Shown: positions 25,307 through 34,383 of the stretch, one piece after another
Position numbering within the stretch: the stretch's first letter is position 1
How the letters are laid out: the number at the start of each line of letters is the position of its first letter
Assembly (NCBI GenBank): GCA_021788015.1
Contig: JAJYLD010000001.1
Span: 273,581 to 337,580, forward strand
DNA length: 64,000 nucleotides
DNA from: a bacterium
GTDB lineage: Bacteria > Patescibacteriota > Patescibacteriia > Patescibacteriales > JAKAJF01
Direction of reading: 5' to 3'
Translations under genes and position numbers: made by a program
The notes under the pieces: generated by a model
Seen by the model: only the letters and a program-made list of their open reading frames with translations
What the model was told of the DNA's origin: nothing
The model's database searches: none

Positions 25307-26444
25307 AGATTTACAATTGTCCGTTATCAAACAAATCGAACTTAGGGCTTCGAGATATCCGGATGTCGTTTCTTTGGCGCAAGGAATCCCGAGTTTTGAC
25401 ACCCCGGAGAGCATAAAAAGACGGGTGGAAAACGCCTTAAAAAGGGGAGTGGTGGCAAAATACTCTTTAAGCCCGGGATTGCCGGAACTTAGAGAATTGA
25501 TTGAAATTTCTCTGGCTCGGGAAAACATGTTTTATGATTGGCAAAAAGAAATTATAGTTACCGCCGGTTCGATTGAGGCCATAACTGCCGCGATTTTGGC
25601 CGTTACCGATCCGGGCGACGAGGTCATAATTCCGGAACCCACTTATACGAGCTATCGCGAAGTTATTATTTTGGCAGGATGCAAACCGGTTTTTGTTCCC
25701 CTTGATGAAAATAACGGCTGGTCATTCGATTTGGACAAGTTTAAAAAAGCGATTACTCCGAAAACAAAAGCGATTTTTTATTGCAACCCTAATAATCCGA
25801 CTGGAACGATTTATTCGAAAGAGAACCTTTTGGGTTTGGCTAAAATCGCGGAAGAAAGCGATTTATATCTGATTTCCGACGAAGTTTATAAAGATTTTAT
25901 TTTTAACGGCGAAAAATTCTTCAGTTTGGCCGAAATTCCGAAATCGCGCAAACGAGTGATAAGAATTTTTTCTTTTTCAAAAGCTTTCGCCATGACGGGC
26001 TGGCGCATTGGTTATTTGCACGGCGACGAATCCGTTGTAAAAGAAATTTTAAAAGTTCACGATTGTCTCGTCACTTGCGCTCCGGTCGTATCTCAATACG
26101 GAGCCATGGGCGCTTTGGAAATGGGTGAAAAAGACGTAAAATTTTTTGTGGGTGAATTTAAAAAAAGAAGAAATTTGATCTGTGAACGGCTTGACAGTTT
26201 AAAAAATATTTTCAGCTATGTAAAACCGAACAGCGCCTACTACGTTTTTCCGAAAATTTTAAGGGAAAACGTTAAGTCTTGGGATTTTTCTTTGGCGCTC
26301 TTGGAAAAAGCGCGAGTGGCCGTTGTCCCCGGTATCGCTTTCGGACCGAACGGAGAAGGCCATATTCGCATGAGTTTCGGCAGAAGCGAGGACGACATAA
26401 ACAAAGCCTTCGATCGCATGGAAAAAATGTATGAACCCCGTTAG
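25290..26444 (+). CDS. class I/II PLP-dependent aminotransferase
   Basis: NPNNPTG and the PLP-lysine region SFSKAFAMTGWRIGY. The last two codons and the stop lie inside the repeat element. Confidence 0.85.
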   Translation: MANRTKDLQLSVIKQIELRASRYPDVVSLAQGIPSFDTPESIKRRVENALKRGVVAKYSLSPGLPELRELIEISLARENMFYDWQKEIIVTAGSIEAITAAILAVTDPGDEVIIPEPTYTSYREVIILAGCKPVFVPLDENNGWSFDLDKFKKAITPKTKAIFYCNPNNPTGTIYSKENLLGLAKIAEESDLYLISDEVYKDFIFNGEKFFSLAEIPKSRKRVIRIFSFSKAFAMTGWRIGYLHGDESVVKEILKVHDCLVTCAPVVSQYGAMGALEMGEKDVKFFVGEFKKRRNLICERLDSLKNIFSYVKPNSAYYVFPKILRENVKSWDFSLALLEKARVAVVPGIAFGPNGEGHIRMSFGRSEDDINKAFDRMEKMYEPR

Positions 26445-26554
26445 AAGCCGCGATCGCTTTAGCAAATAAAAAATACAAATAGGATTAAGATTTTAGTAAT
26501 TTTTAATATTTAATATGCGGATCGAAATGATCGCGACCTGCTTCTAACGGGATG
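26434..26554. repeat. start-codon-docked palindromic element, copy 2 (121 nt)
   Basis: CCCGTTAGAAGCCGCGATCGC ... GATCGCGACCTGCTTCTAACGGG. It is preceded by TATG (26430-26433) and ends with ATG 26552-26554. Confidence 0.85.
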
Positions 26555-27286
26555 AAATCTTTTTTAAAATTTTTTTTGAAACATTATCTTAAATTTTTAG
26601 CGAAGTTGAACTTACTTATCCATAGACCGAAAATAATAGCTATCGCCGGAAGCACGAATAAAACATTTGTCAAAGAAGAAATCGGAAAAGTTCTGGAAAA
26701 ACATAATTTGAGTTTTCGTTTAAACCCGAGAAATTTTAACACGGAAATAGGTTTGCCTTTGGCCGTCTTAAATTTAAAAAGCGGATATAATTTTTATTTG
26801 GACTGGATTCCGGCCGTCTTCAAAGCGCCGTTTTCGATTTTTTCGGCAAATTATCCGAAAATTTTAGTCTTGGAGCTTGGTATCGCCGAACCCGGAGATA
26901 TGAAATTTTTGCTTTCGATTATAAGACCGAACGTGCGCGTCATTACGGATATAACGCAAAGATACCGCGAATCCTTCGATGATATGGATGAATTGACCGG
27001 GGAATACGCTTTATTTTTAAAAACGGCGGAAAAAGGGGATTTGGTCATTTTAAATTCCGATAACGATAAAATCGCGGAAATTTCCAAAGAATCCAAAGCT
27101 CGAGTCATAATGTTCAGTCTGCACAACGTTTCTCCGTGGCAAGGAAAAATAACCGAAAAAACCGATATTTACCAAAAAATTTTTGTCCACGGCGAGGAAT
27201 ATAAAATTTTAAGACATGGCGATCACCACGCTTACGCCTTATTGATCGGACTTATAATTGAAAAATATGTCTGTGAAAAGAAATAA
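26552..27286 (+). CDS. Mur-ligase central-domain-only paralogue with degenerate P-loop
   Basis: IIAIAGSTNKTFVKE (GSTNKT instead of G-x-x-GKT/S). 244 aa with no C-terminal ligase domain. Confidence 0.6.
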   Translation: MKSFLKFFLKHYLKFLAKLNLLIHRPKIIAIAGSTNKTFVKEEIGKVLEKHNLSFRLNPRNFNTEIGLPLAVLNLKSGYNFYLDWIPAVFKAPFSIFSANYPKILVLELGIAEPGDMKFLLSIIRPNVRVITDITQRYRESFDDMDELTGEYALFLKTAEKGDLVILNSDNDKIAEISKESKARVIMFSLHNVSPWQGKITEKTDIYQKIFVHGEEYKILRHGDHHAYALLIGLIIEKYVCEKK

Positions 27287-28106
27287 ATTTACCTACTACA
27301 AACCAAAAAATTATTCCAATCCTTTTTTTTACGGAAAAAAACACAATTCCGGAAAGATTATAAATTGGAAATTTAGAATTGTTTTCCCGTCTTCGATTAT
27401 TTTTGTTGCCGCGTTGGTATGGTTTATCTTTTTCTCCGGCGTTTTTCGCATTAAAAATGTCATAGTCGAAGGAGCGAACCGCACACCGGTTGGCGAAATC
27501 GAAAATCTCGTCTGGCGGATGACGCAAAATAAAAGATTTATAATCGGAAGGCAAAGTAATATTTTTTTATTCAGCGATGCGCAATTAAAGAATTTAATGA
27601 ATGAAAATTATTCTTTTGACGGTATCGCGATAAAGAAAAAACTTTTTAACACGATAATAGTATCAATCAAGGAAAAACAGCCTGTGGCCGCATGGAAAGA
27701 GGGGAATAGTTATTATCTGATTGACGCCGAAGGTAATATAGTCGCGAACGCAGGCTCCTTGGATATAAATCAAAAAGAAACGCCCCTTATTGAAAATCAG
27801 GGCGCTCCCATGGTAAATTATAAAAAAGTCGATATCAATGGTAACGAAATCAATTACATTCTCAAGCTATTCGACATTTTTAAAAATAATTCCGATTTCC
27901 CTCTAAGTAAATTTGTCGTTGATTCCGATATCAATACTGTAAAAGTTTTTCTCGTCCGGGGTCCGGCCATTTATTTTAACGTCCAAGGCGATATAAACAA
28001 CCAGATGAACAAACTTTTGACTCTATACAAAGGAGAATTAAGGGATAATTTCAATAAGCAATCTTACTTGGATTTAAGATTTGGAGACAGAGTTTATTAT
28101 AAATAA
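27258..28106 (+). CDS. FtsQ/DivIB-like cell-division protein (TM + POTRA)
   Basis: Single TM (FPSSIIFVAALVWFIFF), then FRIKNVIVEGANRTPVGEI. Its position after the mur/ddl genes supports the call. Confidence 0.6.
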   Translation: MKNMSVKRNKFTYYKPKNYSNPFFYGKKHNSGKIINWKFRIVFPSSIIFVAALVWFIFFSGVFRIKNVIVEGANRTPVGEIENLVWRMTQNKRFIIGRQSNIFLFSDAQLKNLMNENYSFDGIAIKKKLFNTIIVSIKEKQPVAAWKEGNSYYLIDAEGNIVANAGSLDINQKETPLIENQGAPMVNYKKVDINGNEINYILKLFDIFKNNSDFPLSKFVVDSDINTVKVFLVRGPAIYFNVQGDINNQMNKLLTLYKGELRDNFNKQSYLDLRFGDRVYYK

Positions 28107-28126
28107 AAATTTTATAAATAAAAAAT

Positions 28127-28273
28127 ATGGAAAATGGATTCAAATTTGTATTTTTTTTGGCGGTTTTAACTTTTTGCTTCGCGGTGGTGGGAATTTTTTT
28201 GGTGATCATAAAAATTCTTCTTATTTTTTATCCGCAAATAAACTTTATGGGGGTAGTCTTTAGCGGAGGCTAA
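28127..28273 (+). CDS. possible 48-aa membrane peptide
   Basis: MENGFKFVFFLAVLTFCFAVVGIFLVIIKILLIFYPQINFMGVVFSGG*. Confidence 0.3.
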   Translation: MENGFKFVFFLAVLTFCFAVVGIFLVIIKILLIFYPQINFMGVVFSGG

Positions 28274-28342
28274 AATCACCGCATCTCCGGGATTCAGAGA
28301 TATGGCGTCGTATAAGTTACATTGTGCGACGCTATTATAATT

Positions 28343-28373
28343 AAAAAAGAAAGGGGTCTTTATTTCCCCTTTT
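28343..28373 (-). terminator. terminator of the 28360-28845 gene
   Basis: On the minus strand: AAAGGGG aaataaaga CCCCTTT cttttttaa. The stop codon lies in the loop. Confidence 0.6.
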
Positions 28374-28845
28374 TGCGCATTTTGCGTGCCTGAAGCTTTT
28401 CCGTAGCTTCTCTTCGAAGTCTTTTAAGCTCTTCTTGCTCATGAAAATATTTTTCCTCGATAACGAAAACCGTGCAGTTATGCACGACGGTCTTCATCAT
28501 CTCCATTGTAATACTCTGTGGCTTGAGCAGTTCTCTTTCTAATCTAGCGATTATTGCGAGTGTCGTTAGCGGTCCCCCGCCGACATAGCCGCATGTAGCC
28601 CCGTGAATCCACATCTCATTGCCTTTATAATCTCTTATGCGAAACGGGTATATGTCTTCTTCCCCTTCCTTATTGCGATCTCGGACATCGCATCTGCATT
28701 CGATTCTTACGATCTTGCCCAATTTCCTGCGGTGCTTTTTAAAAAATTTTGGAATTTGATCCTGGGGGCTGTAAAACAAATCCGTTTTATAAATCTTCTG
28801 TCCCGGATATTTACCCTGTTCGCGCACGACTTTTCCCTCTGCCAT
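28360..28845 (-). CDS. orphan hypothetical protein (161 aa) with strong SD
   Basis: AGGAGGAGG lies 5 nt upstream of the ATG and the gene has its own terminator. It is GC-richer than its neighbours and no motif was recognised. Confidence 0.6.
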   Translation of the reverse strand: MAEGKVVREQGKYPGQKIYKTDLFYSPQDQIPKFFKKHRRKLGKIVRIECRCDVRDRNKEGEEDIYPFRIRDYKGNEMWIHGATCGYVGGGPLTTLAIIARLERELLKPQSITMEMMKTVVHNCTVFVIEEKYFHEQEELKRLRREATEKLQARKMRKKGK

Positions 28846-28947
28846 GAATTCCTCCTCCTATAGAAATTTCATAGTTTTCCACTGGCTTCTTTACCGAGTT
28901 TCTTACCTTGATTAGTGTCAATGATCAATACTATTTTACTTAAATAC

Positions 28948-30186
28948 TTAGTACTGCAAATAGCCGTCCAACGGATTGACCGGTATGCCGTCCAAACGCA
29001 CTTCGAAATGCAAATGCGGTCCGGTCGTGTACGGCCCCGCTCCCGGCGAACCCGGCAATCCCCCGCTTAAGCCGATGATTTGACCTTGTACTACATATTC
29101 GTCTTCGGTAACCAAAATTTTCGAAACATGTCCGTACACGGTTGAAATTCCGTTCGCGTGTATCAACATTATATAACTGTAATTCATGCCGCCGTCATGC
29201 GCTCTGGCCACATATCCGGAAGCCGCCGCCCTAATCGGAGTCCCCTGCGCAGCCCTGATGTCGATTGCGGGATGTTCAAACAAATATCGAAAGGGATAAT
29301 TTGGATCGTGAAAATAAGTCGTAATCGTGTTTTTCGGCACCGGCCAAATCAAACCGCCAGGGTTCATCTCCAATTTTTCTCTTTGGGTGGTTGATAATTT
29401 GTCCCTAACCGTTTTTTCAAGGCCGGAAACGTCGTTTTCCGCTTGCAATTCTTGCTGAGCCGCTTCGTTTAAAAGACTTTGGAATCTTGCTTCGGAATAA
29501 TTCGTTTGCTCGAGCAGGTATGTTTTATTCGACTGATCGTTTTGCATGTTTTGCTGCTCTTGTTCCAAATTAGCCTGCAATTGCGTCAATTCGCCGTGTT
29601 TATTATTCAAATCGGTTTTTTCCGATTCCAAATCAGCCTCGGATTGTTTCAAGGAACCCAAGTTTTTCGCAAGTTGGCTATTGATATCTTCCAAATATTT
29701 TTCCTGATTTAAAAATTCGGACAAAGAATTATTCATGAGCATTATTTCCAAATCGCCGGTTTGATCTTGCTTATAAACCAACTCCAGGGCCACGGCTATC
29801 TGGCCTTTTTCTTTCGCGATTTCATCGTTTTTTTCGCCGATTTCAATGTTGGTTTTTTTAATTTCAAGATTTGTTTGATCGATTTCCGTTTGCGTACCGC
29901 TTATATCCAATTGCGATTGTGCCAAACGGTTGCCCAAAACGGCCAATTCGTTGCTTAAAGTCAGTTTTTGGTTTTGAGCTTCCTGAATGGCCTGGGAATA
30001 TCTCTGCTGTTTTTCTTTGTAAGTGTTAATCTGATCCTTTTTTGATTGGATTTGCTGATTTAGCTGGTCGATCTCCGGACCGTTCTGATTGTATTGACCG
30101 AAAACCGGACCGCGGAAAATAAAAAAACAGGATGCGCTTACGCCCACCAATATTAAAAAATAAATCGGGATTTTTTTTATTTTCAT
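28948..30186 (-). CDS. secreted coiled-coil + M23 (LytM) metallopeptidase, EnvC-like architecture
   Basis: Signal/TM, a Q/E/L-rich coiled coil of ~250 aa, then HPAIDI...GHVSKI...GPHLHFEV. Confidence 0.85.
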   Translation of the reverse strand: MKIKKIPIYFLILVGVSASCFFIFRGPVFGQYNQNGPEIDQLNQQIQSKKDQINTYKEKQQRYSQAIQEAQNQKLTLSNELAVLGNRLAQSQLDISGTQTEIDQTNLEIKKTNIEIGEKNDEIAKEKGQIAVALELVYKQDQTGDLEIMLMNNSLSEFLNQEKYLEDINSQLAKNLGSLKQSEADLESEKTDLNNKHGELTQLQANLEQEQQNMQNDQSNKTYLLEQTNYSEARFQSLLNEAAQQELQAENDVSGLEKTVRDKLSTTQREKLEMNPGGLIWPVPKNTITTYFHDPNYPFRYLFEHPAIDIRAAQGTPIRAAASGYVARAHDGGMNYSYIMLIHANGISTVYGHVSKILVTEDEYVVQGQIIGLSGGLPGSPGAGPYTTGPHLHFEVRLDGIPVNPLDGYLQY

Positions 30187-30250
30187 GTTCTTTTATTATT
30201 TTTATCCTTATTTTTATTATAATACATCTTTATTCTTTCCTGAAGCGGCT

Positions 30251-30841
30251 TTAGTATTCCGTTTTTTCGTAAATTTTTAACAACTCGGTCCATTTTTTGA
30301 CGAGTTTGTCCAATTTTTTATGCAACTCGGGGAAAGCTTTAATGTCTCTGGCGTCTCGTTTTATTTTCGCGTAAGCTCGAAAGTTCGTTTTTTCTTTTAA
30401 ATCTTGTTTTGCCATCTTGAAATACATAGAATCGGTTATGTGACTTGCCGAATCGGCGGCCGCTATTATCCTCGCCTCCAAGCTTTTCGGTTTAACGTCT
30501 TTTACTCTATGCGATCTTACGCAATGCAAAACTCCATTGATTAATTCTTCGCTGATTTTTAAATCATTGAGAAATCTCTTCGCGATTCTTCGGCTCTTGA
30601 TCGCGTGGTCTCCTCTTGTAACGGGATAATGGCCTATGTCATGGAGCCAGACGGATAACATTAAGATGTTCTTGTCGGCTTTGGTATATTTCTCCGCCAA
30701 AAACTTTACCCATTTCTCCATTTCGGGAACATGGGTTAATAAGCCGTAAGGATCGGAACCGAAATTGTGAACGGTTTTGTAAAAAAATTTTTTCGTTTTT
30801 TCTATTTCTTTTTTCATAATTTCAATCGGTCGCTTTTTCAA
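30251..30841 (-). CDS. HD-domain phosphohydrolase
   Basis: VWLHDIGHYP ... HCVRSHR. Confidence 0.75.
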   Translation of the reverse strand: MKKRPIEIMKKEIEKTKKFFYKTVHNFGSDPYGLLTHVPEMEKWVKFLAEKYTKADKNILMLSVWLHDIGHYPVTRGDHAIKSRRIAKRFLNDLKISEELINGVLHCVRSHRVKDVKPKSLEARIIAAADSASHITDSMYFKMAKQDLKEKTNFRAYAKIKRDARDIKAFPELHKKLDKLVKKWTELLKIYEKTEY

Positions 30842-32270
30842 TCCTCTTTAAACTTTCTTCTTTCCCTAAGACTTCCGCCACCTCGAACGGGCCAGGACTC
30901 GCCTTTTGCCCGGTTAACGCCACGCGCATCGGCCAGAGATAGTCCCCCACTTTCAATCCGCTCACATTCAAAAATTCCATTATGGTTTTCTCCAAAATTT
31001 CTTTTTTCCAGTCTTTTTCGGAAATGTTTTCCAATATTGATAAAAGTTTTTTTAAATTTTCTTTTACGTCATCAACTGTCAATTTTTTCCAAACAAGCAG
31101 ATTTTGATCGTATTGCAGATCATCTTCAAAGAAAAATTTTGTCAACTCCCCTATTTCGGACAATTTTTTAAGCCTTTCTTGCTCAAGCGCCACGACCTCT
31201 CTCAAAAATTCTGTTTTCTTCTTTCTGTTTTCCGTCATCTTCAGATTTTCCTTCAAATACGGCCAACACAATTCGACCAGTTCATCCAACGATTTCTGTC
31301 TGATGTAATAGCCGTTAAAATAATCAAGTTTTTCTGAATCGAATACGGCCGGACTTATTCTGATGTCTTCGATTTTAAATTTGGCTTTCATATCCTCGAA
31401 GGACAAGATTTCATTTTCTTCTTTCGGGTGCCAACCCAAAAGGATGCAAAAATTTAACAACGCTTCCGGCAAATAACCTTTTTCTTTATAATCTTCGACC
31501 GCGACGTCCCCTTGCCGCTTGCTTAATTTTCCGCCTTCTTTGTTTAAAATCAAGGGAATGTGAGCGAACACCGGCGGAGTCCAGCCGAATGACCGGTAAA
31601 GTAAGATGTTTTTTGGAAAAGAGGAAATCCATTCTTCGCCTCGAAAGACATGCGTAATTTCCATCGTATGGTCGTCGATTACGTTCGCGAATTGGTAAGT
31701 GGGCATGCCGTCCGATTTGATCAAAACATGATCTTCAAGCTCTTCGTTTTTAAAAACAATATCGCCGCGCAAAAGATCGCGCACGGTCGTTTCGCCTTCA
31801 AGCGGCATTTTTTGCCTGATTACGTATCTCTCCCCTCTTTTTATTTTTTCCTCGACTTCCGTTTTACTCAAACTCCGGCAAGTTCGGTCATAACGCGGCG
31901 GCAATTTCTTCGCAGTACGTTCGGCGCGCATTTTTTCCAGCCTTTCCGGCGCGCAAAAACAATGATAAACCTCGCCTCTCCCCAAGAGTTCATCCGCGTA
32001 TTTTTTGTAAATTTTCTTTCTTTGGCTCTGAATGTACGGTCCGTAATTTCCGCCCGCGTGCGGACCCTCGTCAAATTCAATGCCGATCCATTTTAGGATT
32101 TCGACAAGATTCTCGATCGCTCCCGGCACTTCACGTTTTTGATCAGTATCTTCGATGCGCAAAACAAAAGTGCCGTTTAAACTTTTAGCGGCCAAATACT
32201 CAAATAAGGCGGTTCTTAGACTGCCGATGTGCAAATATCCGGTTGGAGATGGCGCGAATCTTGTTCTCAT
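30822..32270 (-). CDS. gltX: glutamyl-tRNA synthetase
   Basis: RFAPSPTGYLHIGS (HIGH) and KLSKR (KMSKS). Met-16 of the track ORF is taken as the start. Confidence 0.9.
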   Translation of the reverse strand: MRTRFAPSPTGYLHIGSLRTALFEYLAAKSLNGTFVLRIEDTDQKREVPGAIENLVEILKWIGIEFDEGPHAGGNYGPYIQSQRKKIYKKYADELLGRGEVYHCFCAPERLEKMRAERTAKKLPPRYDRTCRSLSKTEVEEKIKRGERYVIRQKMPLEGETTVRDLLRGDIVFKNEELEDHVLIKSDGMPTYQFANVIDDHTMEITHVFRGEEWISSFPKNILLYRSFGWTPPVFAHIPLILNKEGGKLSKRQGDVAVEDYKEKGYLPEALLNFCILLGWHPKEENEILSFEDMKAKFKIEDIRISPAVFDSEKLDYFNGYYIRQKSLDELVELCWPYLKENLKMTENRKKKTEFLREVVALEQERLKKLSEIGELTKFFFEDDLQYDQNLLVWKKLTVDDVKENLKKLLSILENISEKDWKKEILEKTIMEFLNVSGLKVGDYLWPMRVALTGQKASPGPFEVAEVLGKEESLKRIEKATD

Positions 32271-32431
32271 ATGAATTTTTAAAAACAAGAAGAAAAATAA
32301 TAACAAGAAATACAAGAAAAGATTATTTTATTCTTATTTTTCTTCTTACCCTTCCTGTTTTTGGTAGCTTTATAAAAAGTAAATTTTGGCTTTTATTTTT
32401 AAATTCAAATTCCATATTAATGATACCATTT

Positions 32432-33697
32432 TTAACCATTTTTTTCTACCGATTCCCTGAATTTTTCCAAAAATATTTTGGCCGAGTGCCGCCTGACCGG
32501 ATGTACTTCCTCGACTAATTTTTCGCTGTCAATCCATTTCCATCCGGAATGATCCCAATAATTTATTTTTATATCCGAATCTGTTCCGGCGAATTCGGCG
32601 ATAAAGAGACCCTGCTTCTGCCCTTTGTAACCCAAAATTCTCATCGCCCGGCTTTCATACTTCCCCATTTCTTTTTTATCTCTGAATTTGTATTTATAAA
32701 CATTTTTTATGGCGCGAACGGGTTTGAATTTTGTCGTGCATAATTCTTCGCGCAATTCTCTTAAGCCGGCCTTTTCTATATTTTCATGATCCGTTCCGCC
32801 TTGAGGAACCTGCCAATGTTCCTCATACCCCGCGCGTTTCACCAATAAAATCTTAAATTTGCCATTTTCTTTTTTGTACAAGACACAGGCCACGTTCGGG
32901 CGGTAGAACAACGGATAAACAAAACGCCACATGATAAAACGATACGGAAAAATTACGGTTGCGTCCAAAATTCTTTTCCATCGCCATGGCTCTAAAATCA
33001 GTCTCCATGCCCATTCCATGCCGAAAAAACGAAAAATTTTCGGAGCGCGTTTCACTTTCCCGGCGATAAAATCGAAAGTTCCTCCGACTCCCATCCCTAT
33101 TTTTACCGACGGCGTTTTTCTTAAATCGTGGAAAATCCATTTATCCTGACGCGGATGCCCGAAAGCGGAAAAAATAATATCGGGGCGCGCGGAATCGATT
33201 CGTTTTATCAATTCTTCATCCTTGTCTTCTCCTTTTATCCATTCCCCCGCTTTAATTTTCCATTCGCCGTGTTTCAAACCTTCTTCCGCTCCGACAATTT
33301 TCAAATCGGGAAATTTCTTTTTTAAATTTTCCGCCGCTTTTTGCGCGATTCCTTTCTCTCCGCCGATAAGGTAAATCGATTTTCCCTTCCTTTCGGCTAT
33401 AGCGCAAATATCATAAACCAAATCGGCCCCGGCAATCCGATCCAATCTTTTGCCCATAAGCCGAGCCGCGAATTTCAAACCGATGCCGTCGGGGACGGCT
33501 AAGTCGGCGGCGTTCAGGATGTAAAAAAATTCTTCATCCTTTTCGGCCTCGATCAAGAATTCCGGATTGGGAGTCACGATTTGATGTTGTCTCCCGTCTT
33601 TTAAAAATAATTCTATTTTTTTCAAAATATCGACCTTGTTCAAGGCGGAGATATTGATTCCAAGTATATTAATTACGCTCATCGCTTTATATTTCAT
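32432..33697 (-). CDS. WecG/TagA/CpsF-family glycosyltransferase fused to a NUDIX hydrolase
   Basis: The N-terminal ~250 aa are TagA-like (VTPNPEF...ADLAVPDGIG...FGHPRQDKW). The C-terminus carries a Nudix box GGTDHENIEKAGLRELREEL. Confidence 0.8.
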   Translation of the reverse strand: MKYKAMSVINILGINISALNKVDILKKIELFLKDGRQHQIVTPNPEFLIEAEKDEEFFYILNAADLAVPDGIGLKFAARLMGKRLDRIAGADLVYDICAIAERKGKSIYLIGGEKGIAQKAAENLKKKFPDLKIVGAEEGLKHGEWKIKAGEWIKGEDKDEELIKRIDSARPDIIFSAFGHPRQDKWIFHDLRKTPSVKIGMGVGGTFDFIAGKVKRAPKIFRFFGMEWAWRLILEPWRWKRILDATVIFPYRFIMWRFVYPLFYRPNVACVLYKKENGKFKILLVKRAGYEEHWQVPQGGTDHENIEKAGLRELREELCTTKFKPVRAIKNVYKYKFRDKKEMGKYESRAMRILGYKGQKQGLFIAEFAGTDSDIKINYWDHSGWKWIDSEKLVEEVHPVRRHSAKIFLEKFRESVEKNG

Positions 33698-33701
33698 TAT
33701 T

Positions 33702-33731
33702 CCCGTCGAAGCGATCGCGACTTCTAACGAG
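33702..33731. repeat. collapsed 30-nt version of the start-codon-docked element
   Basis: The minus strand reads CTCGTTAGAAGTCGCGATCGCTTCGACGGG-aata-ATG (tagA-NUDIX start 33697). It begins 2 nt after the ligT stop. Confidence 0.7.
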
Positions 33732-33733
33732 AT

Positions 33734-34285
33734 TTATAAATTTTTTGTTTCAACAATGGTGTATTCCGGTCCGTTAGCGTTCAATTTCGATTCGATTAAA
33801 CTGAAAGTTTTAATTTCAAAAGTTTCATCCGCAAGTTCATATTCATCGCTTTTCAATTTATAAAAATTTTTCACCCGGCCCAAAGTGATATGCGGAGTCC
33901 ATGCGCGGTCATCAATTTTTATTCCCACTTCTTTCAAATCTTTTTCTATTTTTGCATACAGATCATGAATGGAAGTTCCGTTAATCTGCTCACATTTCAA
34001 AAATATTATCTTCGGCCTTTCCGGACCCGGAAAAGCGTTTAATCCGCCGAATTTCATCCGTGCCGTGCCTTTTGACTTCCAATCGGCCATGCTCTTTTTT
34101 AAAACCCCCAAAATCAAAGAATCTAAATCGGAAATAAAGTGTAAAGTTACATGTAAATTGGCCGAATCCACCCATTTTACACTATTATCATTTTTATTCA
34201 AGTCCAGAATTATATCTGAAATCCGGTCTTGAATATTTTTAGGCAAATCTAAGGCAAAAAATACTCGTTTTAGACTGTCTGACAT
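33734..34285 (-). CDS. 2'-5' RNA ligase / 2H phosphoesterase (LigT-like)
   Basis: Two H-x-T-x motifs: HVTLHF and HITLGR. Confidence 0.8.
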   Translation of the reverse strand: MSDSLKRVFFALDLPKNIQDRISDIILDLNKNDNSVKWVDSANLHVTLHFISDLDSLILGVLKKSMADWKSKGTARMKFGGLNAFPGPERPKIIFLKCEQINGTSIHDLYAKIEKDLKEVGIKIDDRAWTPHITLGRVKNFYKLKSDEYELADETFEIKTFSLIESKLNANGPEYTIVETKNL

Positions 34286-34306
34286 GTTCTAATTTTAACA
34301 CATTTG

Positions 34307-34352
34307 TTTGACTTTGACAAAATTTGACTTTGCCAAAATTGTTTGGTAAAGT
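34307..34352 (+). promoter_or_regulatory. promoter with tandem 16-bp direct repeat over the -35
   Basis: TTTGACTTTGACAAAA (34307-34322) and TTTGACTTTGCCAAAA (34323-34338). TTGACT (34324-34329), 17 nt, TAAAGT (34347-34352). Confidence 0.5.
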
Positions 34353-34383
34353 CGGGGTAAAATCCTTTTAAAGGAGGTGCACA

